Below, one piece after another: positions 24,401 through 37,959 of a stretch of 64,000 nt of DNA. Origin of the DNA: Okamejei kenojei (lineage: Eukaryota); NCBI GenBank assembly GCA_035221665.1, contig CM069160.1, positions 4,650,001 through 4,714,000 on the forward strand, in the 5' to 3' direction. The notes beneath the pieces are model-generated. The model searched no databases and was not told the origin of the DNA. It saw nothing but the letters and a program-made list of their open reading frames with translations. The translations under genes were made by a program, and so were the position numbers. Positions within the stretch are counted from its first letter, which is position 1. Each line of letters starts with the position of its first letter.

Positions 24401-24924
24401 TCCCAATCAAACTGAAGCTGAATCCGGACACTGCACATCCAAGACTCATCCTCTCCAGTGACCTGACAGCCATAAGACTCGGTGCTAAACAGAAGGTCCC
24501 TGACAAACCAGAGCGATTTGTGCAGTGGCACGGTGTCCTGGCATCTCAGGGCTTCAAAACTGGGAGCCACTACTGGGAGGTCGACGTCGGAAAGAACACC
24601 ATGTGGAGTGTGGGAGTGGTAAAAGCATCGGTACTGAGGAAAGCGGAGTTCACACCGGAACCAAAATCCGGTGCCTGGGTATTGTGGCGGCTGGGAGAGG
24701 AATATACCACAATGTCTTCCCCACGTACTGCCCTCCCTGTTCTAGTCAAACCCCAGAGATTGGGCATCCACCTGAACTATGAGGCTGGCCAGGTGACACT
24801 ATACAATGCCGATGACATGTCACATATGTACACTTTCAGGGACAAATTCACTGAGAAACTCTATCCTTTCTTCTTAACGGGTTGCAACATTGATTCATTA
24901 CAAATAGTCCACTTGCATATATAG
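24401..24924 (+). CDS. Terminal PRY/SPRY (B30.2) exon of a TRIM-like (or butyrophilin-like) gene
   Basis: tttttcctcttcag| phase 1 PIKLKLNPDTAHPRLILS...PERF...GSHYWEVDV...WSVGV...RLGIHLNYEAGQVTLYN...EKLYPFF...*; open frame; ATTAAA at 25111; upstream exons not found. Confidence 0.93.
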
Positions 24925-25174
24925 GTTTACTTCGTGAACGTGCGGCCAACCTTTATGGGGAAACATTGATAAGAGTCCAACACTGATAAGTCGTTCCAAC
25001 ATTGTCTCTACCTGTAAACTGCTATTAATAGTGTTTAACTCCATTTGTAGATATTTATATCCCCATCTGCTAAAATTCCTGAGTCAAACATCTCTATCAC
25101 ATTGTTATGCATTAAAATTTCCCTCACTGCCCATCTTTTTGGCCAATGAACGCTGAGCTTACCCATCTTCTTTT

Positions 25175-27870
25175 GTGGCCAGAAGACCTCGGGTGACGGA
25201 GGATGTGAAGGAAATCCACGTTCGGCAGGAAATGGTGTTGGGTAGACTGTTGGGATTGAAGTCTGATAGATCTCCTGGGCCTGATGGTCTGCACCCCACC
25301 GTACTTAAGGAAGTGGCTCTAGAAATTATGGATGCATTGGTTCTTCTTCTTGGTTACTTGGTCCTCCAAAATATTCCAACTGGAATTTAAACTGGAGGTG
25401 GTGAAAGGAGGGGTTTAGGGGTTTAGCCAGAGAGGGTTATTGGGAAGAAAGTGCCACTTTAAATTTAGTTGCATCTGGCTGGGCAACCATGGTTTGGTGG
25501 AGATTATTCCATGCTTTAATAGTGCGTGGGAAGAACGAATTGCTGTATACATCTGTCTTTGTGGCTGGGAGCACAAATTGGATCGAATGCCCTCGTCTGC
25601 TCCTAATTGGTTTAGGGTTGGTGTAAGTCTTGTGATCTTTGTCTTAGCTGACCATTTAACATTTTGTAAAAAACAGGTCAAACGGTGAGCTTCATGTCTG
25701 TCTTGGAGAGGTTTCCACCCCAGAGAATTCAGAAGTTTGGTGACACTCGCTTCTCTCTCGTAGGTGTTAGTAACAATTCGACACGCTCGATGGATGAAAT
25801 GTTTTTATCTGTGTATGGGTCCCCAAGCTGCAACTGCGTAGTCCAGATGAGGTCTAACGAGGGTGAAATACAGCTTCTCCTTGACAGAAGCTGAACAATG
25901 ATGGAAGTTGCGCCTCAGGAAGTTTAGGACACCTGTTGCTTTCGCTGTTGCATGATGAGTGTGACCAATCCAACGTAGATCATTCTGCAATTTGATGCCA
26001 AGATACTTGGTTTGTTTGGATTCTTCAAGGGTGACACCAAGTATGTTGTAAGATGTGACGCCTGGATTCCTCTTTCTGGTGACATGCATGGTTTCACATT
26101 TGGAAGGGTTGAACAGCATGCCCCATTGTTGTGACCACTCAACCATTGTACTGAGATCCTTTAGGAGAGCATCTTCATCATCAGCTGACTTAATTGAACG
26201 GTACAGCAATCATCAGCGAATAGTCTGGTCGTACTTGCGACTTTTTCATGGATGTCATTGATGTAAAGCAGAAATAGGTGTGGGCCAAGTACTGTGCCCT
26301 GGGGTGATCCCACTCAACACTGGGTGCCAATTGGAGCTCTTTCCGTTCACACACACACACACACACACACACACTGAAGACGTTTTGTCATTGGTGATCA
26401 TTTTCCAATGTTCTATAGACCCAGGATTAGTTCCTGTGGATTGGAGGGCAGCTAATGATAGCCCACTTTATAAGAATGGAGGGAGAGAGAAAACATGGAA
26501 TTAAAGACCAGTTAGCCTCACATTGGAGGTGGGAAGATGCTGGAGTCAATTATAAAAGATGAAATAGCTGCACATTTGGATAGCAATAATAGGATTGGTC
26601 CGAGTCAGCATGGATTTACTAAGGGGAAATCATGCTTGACTAACCTGGAATTATTTGAGGATGTAACTAGGAAAATGGACAAGGGGGAGACAATGTATGT
26701 GGTGTACCTGGACTTTCAGAAAGCCTTCGATAAGGTCCCACATAGGAGATTAGTGGGCAAAAGTTAGAGCACATGGTAATGGGGGTAAGGTACTGACATG
26801 GATAGAGAAGTGGTCGGCAGACAGGAAACAAAGAGTAGGGATTAACGGGTCCCTTTCAGAATGGCAGGCAGTGACTAGTGGGGTACCGCAAAGCTCGGTG
26901 CTGGGACTGCAGTTATTTACAATATACTCAATGATTTAGATGAAGGGATTAGCAGATGCCACAAAGCTGGGTGGCAGTGTGAACTGTGAGGAGGATGCTA
27001 TGAGGATGCAAGGTGGACAAGTTGGGTGAGTGGGCAGATGAATGACAGATGCAGTTTAATGTGGATGCATTTGAGAATATCCACTTTGGAGGCAAGAACA
27101 GGAAAGCAGATTATGTTATCTGAATGGTGTCAAGTTAGGAAAAGGGGAAGTACAACGTGATCTGGGTGATCATCAGTCTGTGAAAGTAAGCATGCAGGCA
27201 CAGTGGGCAATGAAGAAAGCGAATAGCATGTTGGCCTTCATAACAAGAGGACTTGATTACAGGAGCAAAGAGGTCCTTCTGCAGTTCTACCGAACCCTAG
27301 TGAGACCACACCTGGAATATTGTGTGCAGTTTTGGTCTCCAAATTTGAGGAAGGACATTTTTGCTACTGCTATTGAGGGAGTGCAGTGTAGGTTCACGAG
27401 GTTAATTCCCGGGATGGCGGGACAGTCATATGTTGAATCAATGGAGCGACTGGGCTTGTAACAACTGGAATTGCGAAGGATGAGAGGGGATCTTATTGAA
27501 ACATATAAGATTATTAAGGGATTGGACATGCTAGAGGCAGGAAACATGTTCCCGTCGTTGGGGGAGTCCAGAACCAGGGCCCACAGTTTAAGAATGGGTA
27601 GGCCATTTAGAATGGAGATGAAGAAATATTTTTCTCAACCAGAGAGTTGTGAATCTATGGAATTCTCTGCCTCAGAAGGTGGTGTAGGCCAGTTCTCTGG
27701 ATGCTTTAATGAGAGAGTTAGATAGAGCTCGTAAAGATAGCAGATTCAAGGGATATGGCGAGAAGGCAGGAACGGGTACTGATTTTGGATGATCAGCCAT
27801 TATCACAGTGATGGTGGTGCTGGGTCGAAGGGTCGAATGGCCTACTCCTGCACCTATTGTCTGTTGTTCC
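25175..27870 (+). mobile_element. CR1/HER1-type LINE (RT and 3' end), interrupted at 25342-26388
   Basis: SPGPDGLHP, QHGFTKGKSCLTNL, YLDFQKAFDKVPH, LVRPHLEYCVQFWSP and the canonical 3' tail. Confidence 0.92.
25342..26388 (-). mobile_element. Daphne/L2/CR1-group LINE 3' fragment of a different family, nested in CR1
   Basis: [20 protein letters not shown]...FADD; FNPSKC; KYLGI; LVRPHLDYA; NSFFPRTIKAWN; (aga)n tail; TSD cattggt (25335-25341 and 26389-26395). Confidence 0.8.
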
Positions 27871-28199
27871 TATTTTTATCAACTTAAATACACACGAAAT
27901 TCTGGAATGCTGATAAATGATCAGCAAATCTATCGGCTTCAAAGCCAATTATAATAAGTTAACGTGAAGGAGACTTCACAGGCTAGTTAGAAGAAGACTT
28001 TGAAGCCACTTATAAAAAGTGAATGTAAAGAAGACTTTTAGAACGTCTGATATTGAGGTTACTGTGTTATTAAGCGTGTGTGTACGGGTGATCACAAGTC
28101 GGCATGAACTCTATGGGCCGCAGGGCCTGTTTCCATGCTGTATCATTCAATTGAATAAATCATCTGCAACTTAGTCTAGGTTTTGTCCCAATGAATCAC

Positions 28200-28468
28200 T
28201 GGCGGCACAGTGGCGCAGCGGTAGTGTTGCTGCTTTACAGCGCCGGAGAGCCGAGTGCAATCCTGACTACAGGCGCTCACTGTCTGGAGTTTATACATTC
28301 TCCCCGTGACCGCATGGATGCTCCAGTTTCCTTCCACATCTCAATGACATGCAGGTTTGTAGGTTTATTGGCCTCTAAATTGTCCCTAGTGTGTAGGATA
28401 GAACTAGTGTATGGGTGATGGTGATCGGCATGGACTGTTTACACGTTGTATCTCTAAACTAATCTAAT
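28200..28468 (+). mobile_element. HE1-type SINE, near full length
   Basis: ggcggcacagtggcgcagcggtag (Pol III A box) ... tatctctaaactaatct tail. Confidence 0.85.
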
Positions 28469-28844
28469 TATATTTCTCTATATTTCATTTGTAAATTTAG
28501 AGTTCATTCTGATAACCTGCCAATGTCCTCTTTAAACTGGTTACAAAATCCTCCTCATAGTTTAGCATATGAATTGCAAAGGAAGGCTTTGAAATTTGAC
28601 ATGAGCTAATAAATCTCCAAATTAATTTCTTCTTTGCGTTTGCTCATGTTATCCAATTTGGTGACTGAGGTGCAAAATTAACTGAGAATCTTGCCTAGTA
28701 ACTATTTCATTTGTCATTCAAAAAAACCTATGTCTGCATGTGAAGGAACAATACATCAATAGAACGTAAACTATGAACAGATTTATCAATAACTGCGTAA
28801 TATTAGTTGCATTCGTTGCTTTCAAGTTTGGTAACAATCGTTTT

Positions 28845-29830
28845 AGATATAGAAACATAGAAAATAGGTGCAGGAGGAGGCCATTTGGCCCTTCAAGCCT
28901 GCACCGTCTTTCATTTTGATCATGGCTGATCATCCACAATCAGTAAACCGTGCCTGCCTTCTCCCCATATCCCTTGGTTCTGCTAGCCCCCTGGAGCTCT
29001 ATCTAACTCTCTTTCAAATGTGTCCAGTGAATTGGCCTCTACTGCCTTCTGTGGCAGAGAATTCCACATATTCACAACTCTCTGGGTGAAAACGTGTTTT
29101 TCTCAGCTCAGTTTTAAATGGCCTCCCCTTTATTCTTGGACTGTGGCCCCGGGTTCTGGGCTCCCCCATCATTGGGAATTTTCCTGCATCTAGCTTGTCC
29201 AGTCCTTTTATAATTTAATACATTTCTATAAGATCCCATCTTATCCTTCTAAATTCCAATGAATACAAGCCCGCTCTTTCCAGTCTTTCCTCATATGATA
29301 GTCCCGCCATCCTGGGGATTAACCTCGTGAATCTACGCTACACTGCTTCAATAGCAAGGATGTCCTTCCTCAAATTGGGAGATAGAAACTGCACACAATC
29401 CATCAGATGTGGTCTCACCAGAGTCTGTACAACTGCAGAAGGACCTCTTCACTCCTATACTCCAATCCTCTCATTATGAAGGCCAACATGCCATTGGCTT
29501 TCTTCACTGCCTGCTGTACCTGCATGTTTACTTTCAGTGACTGGTGTACAATGATACCCAGGTCTCGTTGCACTTCCCTTTTTCCTAATCTGACACCATT
29601 GACATAATATTCTGTCTCCTTGATCTTGCCGCCAAAGTGAATAACCTATCATTTATCTACATAATACTGCATCTGCCATGCATCTGCGCACTCACTCAAC
29701 CTGTCCAAGTTACCCTGCAACCTCCTAACGTCCTATTCGCAGTTCACACTGCCACCCAGCTTTGTGTCATCTGCAAATTTGCTAGTGTTACTTTTAATCC
29801 CATCATCTAAATCATTAATATATATTGTAT
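28845..29830 (-). mobile_element. CR1-type LINE, 3' 1 kb
   Basis: atagaaacatagaaaataggtgcaggaggaggccat tail; colinear with 26930-27870. Confidence 0.9.
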
Positions 29831-30539
29831 AAATCAATTAATCCAAAATAAATGCTTTAGAACTGCCTCTTCCAATTCAATTTTATTAAATAATGGCTTG
29901 CAATAATTAGTTGTTTCTTCTTTACTTTGATTTAACTATAAATAAAATGTATAAATAATCGTTTCTTCACATCCATAACCCAAGTGTTGATTTATTTCAT
30001 TTCTGTTACCGCGCAAATAAAGGTCAACAAAACTGCAGGTTTAAGCTAATTAAATAGTTACTATGCAAACCAGTTTTTATTTTATTTTTATTTTGACAGA
30101 GCTTATATTTCTGCCCTTTTTCAAAATTATTGTTAATGTGTGAAGTATTTTTCATGGCTTGCTGTTAAATTCAAAATCAGATCCTGATTACAGACAATAT
30201 ACAAATTAGTGGTGACTGTGTGGGTTTGCTCCGGTGCTCCGGTTTCTTCAAATATCCTAAAGACATGCCGTTTGTAGGTTAATAAAATTGTCCCTATTGC
30301 GAAAGTGAAGATAACATACAGGTAGTGTAATTGATTGTTGGCATGCGCACAGTGGGCTAAAGAGACTGCCTCCATGCTGTAACTGTGCAATAAATCAATT
30401 AACAGCCCACTTAGGTGAGCAGTGGCTGGTGAAAAACAAGGAGAATATAACGAATTATATTCGAATACAGCGATTATATAACGATTCATTAAATGTGTTG
30501 ATGTAGTGACCTGCTCCTCATTCTCCATAAACAGAAGGT

Positions 30540-30900
30540 CAAGAGTCAAGACATTGTCATATGTCCCAGATAGGACAATGAAATTCTTACTTGCAGCAGC
30601 ACAACAGAATGTAAACATAGTACATTGTAAATCATAAAATAAACGAGAGCGAAAAAATATTCAGTGTGTGTAGATATACACATACTCATAAATACACATA
30701 TATATATATATATATAGATCATTCGTAGATATATGTACACAAAAAAACAATACTAGTGCAACAATAACAATAATAGTCTCTGTAGTTCAGAGCTTATTTG
30801 AGGTTGTAATGTTTAATATCGAATGGCTGCAGGGAGTAGCTATTCCTGGACGTTGCAGTTTTCAGGCTCCTGTACCATCTTCCGGATGGCAGAGGTGAAA
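30540..30900 (-). mobile_element. Rex1-type LINE 3' tail
   Basis: gtcaagagtcaagacattgtcatatgtccc...gaaattcttacttgcagcagcacaacag...ttttcaggctcctgtacc. Confidence 0.6.
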
Positions 30901-33480
30901 TTCAGCGGGTGAGGCAGCATCTATGGAGCAAAGGAAATAGGCAACGATACAGGCCGAAACCCTTCTTCAGACTGATGTAGGGTGTGGGGGGGGGAGGGGG
31001 GGGGGGCTGGGGAGCAGGGAGAGGAAAGGAGAAAGGAAGAGGAGGAGCCAGAGGGCTGAGGGAGAGCTGAGAATGGGAGGGAGGAGACAGCAAGGGTACC
31101 GGAAATTGGAGAGGTCAATGTTCACGAGCTAGGGTGCAAATAGGCGCTGCTCCTCCAATTTCTGGTGGTGCTGACTCTGGCCATGGAGGAGGCCCAGGAC
31201 TGAAAGGTCGGATTCGGAATGGGAGGGGGAGTTGAAGTACTGAGCAACAGGGACATCAGGTTGGTTAATGCTGACCGAGCTGAGGTATTCGGCGAAATGA
31301 TCACCAAGCCTACGCTAGGTCTCACGATGTAGATCAGCTGACATCTAGAGCAGCGGATGCAATAGATGAGGTTGGAGATGGTGCAGGTGTACCTCTGTCG
31401 CACCTGGAATGACTGCTTGGGTCCTTAAATGGAGTCGAGGGGGGAGGTAAAGCGGCAAGTGTAGCATCTCTTGCGGTTGCAAGGGAAAGTGCCCGGGGAG
31501 GGGTTTGTGCGGGAGGAAATGGAAAAATTGACCGTGGAGTTATGGACGGGAGCGGTCTTTGCGAAAAGCAGATGGGGGGGGGGGGGGATGGGAAGATGTG
31601 GCGAGTGGTGGGGTCACGTTGGAGGTGGTGAAATTGATGAAGGACTATTGGTTGTATGTGACGGCTAGTGGGGTGAAAGGTGAGGACTAGGGAGACTCTG
31701 CCCTTGTTACGAGTGGGGAGATGGGGGAGAGAGAGCAGTGTTACGTGGTATTGAAGAGAGCCTCGTCTATAGTAGCGGAGGGGAACCCCCGTTCCCTGAA
31801 AAATGAGGACATTTCCGATGCCCTGGTGTGGAACACCTCATCCTGGGAGCAGATGCGACATAGATGGGGGAATTGGGAGTAGGGGATGGAGTCCTTACAG
31901 GAAGCTGGGTGGCAAGAAGTGTAGTCTAGATCGCCATGGGAGTCAGTGGGCTTATAGTGGATGACAGTCAGAAGTCTGATCACCTGCGATGGAGATAGTG
32001 AGGCCAAGAAATGGTAGGGAAGTGTCGGAAATGTCCAGGTGTATTTGAGTGCTGGATAGAAGTTAGTGGTGAATTGGATGGAAGTCAGTGAGTTGTGAGT
32101 GGGAGCAGGAGGTGGCACCAAAGCAATCGTCGATGTAGCAGAGGTAGAGGTCCGGATGAGGTCGGGCTTTGAGATGCTCTTGGTGGGGGATGGAGGGTGT
32201 AGAGTGACTGGACGTCCATGGTGAAGATGAGGGGATGGGGGGCCTAGAGAACGGAATTCCTGGAGACGACAGAGAGGGTCTGAGGTGTCTTCAACATAAG
32301 TCGGGAGGGATTTTAACAGGTGGGATAGGATATAGTCGAGGAAAGTGGAAATAAGTTCGGTAGGGCACGAACAGGCAGCGACAATGGGTCTACCAGGACG
32401 TCAGGTTTGTGGATTTTGGGGAGAAGGTACAATCGAGCCGTGCGGGGCTGGGGAACGATGAGGTTGGAGGCTTGGGGGCAGGGAACCGGATTGGATGAAG
32501 TCAGCGATTGTGCAAGAGATAGTGGCCTGGTGCTCGTCTGTGGGGTCAAGGTCCAGGGATAATAGGAGGAGGTGTCGGAGATTTGGCGCGTGGCCTCAGC
32601 TTTGTAGAGATCAATGGCCAGTCTACACGGCACCTCCCTTGACGGCGGGTTTTGATAACTCAGTGTTGCGGAGTGAGTCGATGGCTGTACATTCAGGGGG
32701 GAGAGATTGGGGAGAGACAGGGAGTGGAGAAGTTTGAGGCGGTTTGATGTCCTGCCGGCAGTTTTGAATATAAAGGTCTAATGCCGGATGATGGCCATGA
32801 GGAGGAGGGGGGGGGGGGTGGGGCGTTCCAAGCGGAAGGGTCCGTTGGAGATGGAAAAAGGGATCATCAACAGGGGGCGAGGACTCCTTCCCATGGAAGA
32901 ACTCGGTGAGAAGCGGACGGTGACGGTAGAAGAGCTCCAAGTCATGGTGGCGCGTTACTCATTGAGGTGATGGAGGGGTACAAAGGTAAGGCCTCTGCTG
33001 AGTACAGGCCATTCGGTGTCAGAGAGGGGGAGGTCAGGGGGGATGGTGAACACATGTTGGGGGTTGGGGCCGGAGGAAGGCAGGTGAATGGACTGAGGCC
33101 AAGGCGATATCTGGTGGGGGGGTGGTGGGTGGTCAGAGAGGACTGTAGTGTGGGGTATGAGGACTGTAGTGTGGGTGGGGAAGAGCTGGTGTCACATGGT
33201 TTGAATCGGATGGGGGAAGACCCAGTAGAACAGCCACTGAGGTGAGCTGGGTTGGTGTAACTAGCACTAGGACCCAGTGCAGTCAAAACTGAGGGAGTGG
33301 GAATCTGCAGCATGGAAGCTTCAGGCCTGGTGCGGAGTCCAGGCTGCAGGTAAGGCGACAGCTGCGGGCAGCTGGAGGGCGGTGGTGTGGCGAGGGCCGA
33401 TGGAATCGATGGTGGGAATCCACGGGGAGTAAAGTCCTGGTCAACGGGCGGAGCGTGGGAGCTCCCAGTGGGAAGATGGT
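30901..33480 (-). mobile_element. Penelope-like retroelement, degenerate, with an internal RT deletion
   Basis: VFTIPPDLPLSD..LSRGLTFVP; KPAVKGGAV; YLLPKIHKP; MDVQSLYT; YIDD at 32126-32137; YKPTDSH; GIY-YIG-type NLIYCIRCSRCQLIYI; terminal repeat at 30901-30985. Confidence 0.9.
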
Positions 33481-33609
33481 CGGTGGGGCGGCGCCCCACC
33501 CCTCCATACCCCTCCATGCCTTGCATATCCATGTGCCCATCTAAAAGCCTCTTAAACGCTACAATCATCTCTCTGCCTACACCAATCACCGGATGAACCA
33601 CCAGGTTCT

Positions 33610-33905
33610 TTGTTATATATATGTGTTAAATGTATGTTGTTGGTGTTCTTAACATGTTTTATGTGGGGGCCGGGAGCTTTTTCCAATCTCTTACCTCTGC
33701 GGAGATGCGATTTATTTTCCATATCGTATCTCCGTCTACACTGCGGCCTAACAGCGAGATTTGGCGGCCTCTACTGGAGACCGACCTCGAGAGTTCCACC
33801 GCGGGTGTCTGGGGACTTTAACATGATGGAGCTCGCCGTCCCTGGTTAGAAACTGACTTCGGCAACTCCAAGCCGCAGGAGCATCAACCGCCCCGACGCT
33901 GTTGC
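33610..33905 (+). repeat. Unclassified interspersed repeat; second copy at about 14100-14225
   Basis: Shared aatctctt..acctc...tatctccgtc(t/c)acactg..gcctaacagcgag..ttggcg. Confidence 0.6.
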
Positions 33906-35499
33906 TTCATGGCCCAATGACTTTAGTGCATGTAGCACCTCTGGCCCTTTGATGACAAGGCTCGATAAAGTTGGAGTGTGTAAGGTGAATGTTAAATTTA
34001 CAGGAGTTCTGAATGATAGCGTAAACCAGGGATGTGACACAGTGTCACATGTCAGCCAGAGGTTGCATTAAATCAATAACTTAGAGTCATAGAGTGACAT
34101 AGCGTGGAAGCAGACCCTTCAGCCAACTTGCCGGCCAACATGTCCCTGCTGAACTAGTTCCACCTGCCTCCATTTGGCCCTTGCAGCATTCGTGTTGATA
34201 CAGAGTGCAGCACAGGAACAGGCCCTTCAGCCCAACATGTAAACTCACAACTAATCCCATCAGTCTTCACATCGTCCATATCCCACTATTCTCTGCCTGT
34301 GTATGTCTCCCTGCAAGTACCTCTGAAATCCCCAGGCACCTATTACTGTGTAAAAATTAATCTCACAAATCTCCTTTAAACTTCCCATATCCCAACTTAA
34401 AAGTAGGGCTCTATTATTCTGAAGAAAAAAGACCATACCATCTATCATATCTCGACCTCTCATAATTGTATGTATTTCCATCAGGTCTTGCCCCAGCCTC
34501 GAACGTCCCAGAGAAAACAATCCAAATTTGTCTAACCTTGTGATGAAAATATCAAAGACTAGAAAGCATAGCTTAAAGGTAGGAGGGGCAAAATTAAAAG
34601 GTAATGTTCAGCGCAAAGTCGTTCTACACAGACAGCGACGGGTGTCTGGAATGTACTGCTCGGGGTGGTGGTTGAGGCAGATACGATAGAGGCATTTAAG
34701 AGGCTTTCGATACACACTGCTCTATGCAGGGATTGCAGGGACATGGGTCACGTGCGGAAGAGGTTAGTTTAATTTGGCATCATGCTGGGCGTGGATATTG
34801 TGGGCCGAAGGGTCTGTATCAGTGCTGTACTGTTGTTATTTATCCTAATAAACCTATTCTGCATCCTCTCCAATATCTTCACATTCTCCTGTACCGTGTT
34901 GAGCAGAACTGCAAACAATACCCAAAATGTGGCCTAACCGCACTTTTCACATGTTCTCACTTTATTTTAACACTTTAAAGTTTACAGATCTGCTTGCAGG
35001 GTGCATCATTTTGTAAAATTAAATCATATGCTGATATTATCCGTGTCAGTCCTTGTGTGAAAGAACATGCATAATAAGTGCCTTGGGATTGAATTCAGTA
35101 TTAGTTCGGGATATGCTAAGAATAAAAAGATTTTAATTTTGGTGGTCATGCCCGTTATTTGACATGTATTTATTTTACATGTACATTTTGTGTGCCTTTT
35201 TTGAGATGCTTGAGTATATTTGACTCTTAAAGTGCTTCCTGAGTCTAATATTATTGCCAGATTATTCTATGTCACCCATTATTCAACACTAATGAAGGAA
35301 CATCACAGAACAGTGTAAAAGCACTAGGGTTATAGCAGTGAGTGGTTTTACATGTATCTGATAGTAAGGGCCTGCTTTAGGGTAGAATTTAAAAGATTCT
35401 TTAATGATCATTAAATGGAGAGTCATTCGAGAGACCAGTACCACACTTAGCAGGAGATTGGGCAAGTGGTGGAAATGTCAATTGGGAACACTTTGACAT

Positions 35500-37490
35500 A
35501 CAAAAATTTGCCAGAAATGCAGCCTACCAGAGGACTGGGGGAAATTCAGCGTCCAGCAGAGGAGGACAAAGGGCTTAAATAGGAAAGGGAAAATAGATAT
35601 GAAAGAAAGCTGGCAGGGAACATTAAAAACTGACTGCAAAAGGTTGTATAGATATGTGAAGAGAAAAAGATTAGTTAAAACAAATGTAGGTCCCTCTGCA
35701 GTCAGAAACTGGTGAATTGATCATGGGGAACAAGGACATGGCAGACTAATTGAATAACTACTTTGGTTCTGTCTTCACTAAAGAAAACATATATAATCTG
35801 CCGGAATAGCAGGGGGACCGGGGGTCAAATGAGATGGAGGAACTGAGTGAAATCTAGGTTAGCCGGGAAGTGGTGTTAGATAAATTGAATGGATTAAAGG
35901 CCGATAAATCCCAGGGCCAGATAGACTGCATCCCAGAGTGCTTTAAGGAAGTAGCCCCAGAAATAGTTGGTGCATTAGTGATAATTTTTCAAACACTTTT
36001 GATTCTGGAGTAGTTCTGAGGATTGAAGGGTAGGTAAACTAACCCCATTTTTTTAAAAGGTAGGGAGAGAGAAAACGGGGAATTACAGCAGTTAGTCTAA
36101 CATCGGTAGTGGGGATAATGCTAGAGTCAGTTATTAAAGATGGGATAGCAGCACATTTGGAAATAGTGAAATCATTGGCCAAAGTCAGCATGGATTTATA
36201 AAAGGTAAATCATGTCTGACGAATCCTATAGAATTTTTCGAGGATGTAACTAGTAGAGTGGATAGGGGAGAACCCATGGATGTATTATATCTGCACTTTC
36301 AGAAGGCTTTCGACAAGGTCCCACATAAGAGATTAGTATGCAAACTTTAAAGCACACGGTATTGGGGGTTCAGTATGATGTGGATAGAGAACTAGCTGGC
36401 AGTCAGGAAGCAAAGAGTAGGAGTAAATGGGTCCTTTTCAGAATGGCAGGCAGTAAATAGTGGGGTACCGCGAGTCTCAGTGCTGGGACCCCAAACTATT
36501 TACAATATATATTAATGATCTGCATGAGGGAATTGAATGCAACATCTCTAAGTTTGCGGATGACATGAAGGCTGGGGGCAATGTTAGCTATGAGGAGGAT
36601 GCCAGGAGGCTGCAACGTGACTTGGATATGTTGGGTGAGTGGGCAAATGCATGGCAGATGCAGTATAATGTGGATAAATGTGAGGTTATCCACTTTGGTG
36701 GCAAAGACAGGAGGGTAGACTATTATCTGAATGGGTGGCCGATTAGGAAAAGGGGAGATTCAACTAGACCAGGGTGTCATGTACACTAGTCATTTAAAGT
36801 AGGCATGCAGATGCAGCAGGCAGTGAAGAAAGCGAATGGTATGTCAGCATTCATAGCAAAAGCATAACGATATGAGTATAAGAGCAGGGAGGGTCTACTG
36901 CAGTTGTACAGGGTCTTAGTGAGGCCACACCCGGAGTATTGCGTGCAGTTTTGGTCTCCTAATCTGAGGAAAGACATTCTTGCGATATGTACAGAGGAAG
37001 GTTCACCAGACTGATTCCTGGGATGGCAGGACTTTCTTATGAAGAAAGACTGGATTAGACTCGGCTTGTACTCGCTGGAATTTAGAAGATTTAGGGGGAT
37101 CATGTAGAGACTTACAAAATTCTTAAGGGGTTGGACAGGCTAGATGCAGGAAGATTGTTCCCGATGTTGGGGAAGTCCAGAACAAGGGGTCGCAGTTTAA
37201 GGATAAGGGGGAAGTCTTTTAGGACCGAGATGGAAAAATCATTTTTCACACAGAGAGTGGGTGAATCTGTGGAATTCTCTGCCAAAGAAGGTAGTTGAGG
37301 CCAGTTCATTGGCTATATTTAAGAGGGAGTTGGATGTGGCCCTTGTGGCTAAAACGGATCAAGGGGTATGGAGAGAAGGCATGGGTACGGATACTAAGTT
37401 GGATGATCAGCCATGATCATATGCAATGGCGGTGCAGGCTCGAAGGGCCGAAGCGCCTACTCTGCACCTATTTTATATGTTTCTATGTTT
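35500..37490 (+). mobile_element. CR1/HER1-type LINE, about 2 kb, 5'-truncated
   Basis: QHGFIKGKSCLTN; FQKAFDKVPH; FTIYINDL...KFADD; NVDKCEVIHFG; 3' tail tatgtttctatgtttc. Confidence 0.92.
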
Positions 37491-37959
37491 CAAACAATGA
37501 CCACAATCTGTATGATTAAAGATGGTTATCAGAAAGGAAAAGTGTGGTTTTCGAATTCATGTCCTGAATTGAGAGGGAGCTGATTTCGATTGAATCAGAT
37601 ATAACGGTGAATATAAATTGATCTATCCCAGGTTTTATGGGAAGCAAAGGAAGATATTACTAGAGCTGTTACTCTGACTGGGGCATTAACGGAGTACTGC
37701 AAGGGGCAACGGAGCATTGTTGCATTATATACAATAAATGACTTGGATGTGAACGTTGGCGGACCTACTGACGGCACGGGAATTGGTGGCTACTGGACAG
37801 TGAAAGAGAATATGGGAGAATAGAAAGGTACGTGGATCAGCTGCTAAGTTGAGAGGAGCACTGGCAGATAGAATTTCATCAGGACATAAGAGAGTATCAA
37901 TTTTGGGATGGACAAATAGAACAAATGGCAGCAATGACATGGATGAAAGGGCAGTAGAT

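Noticed and set aside
28200-28280. tRNA-like A and B boxes here and at 39893 and 45185
   Set aside because: These are SINE heads followed by SINE body and tail, not tRNA genes.
32942-33601. 219-aa Pro/Ser-rich ORF
   Set aside because: Chimeric reading across a CR1 tail fragment and the Penelope 5' region.
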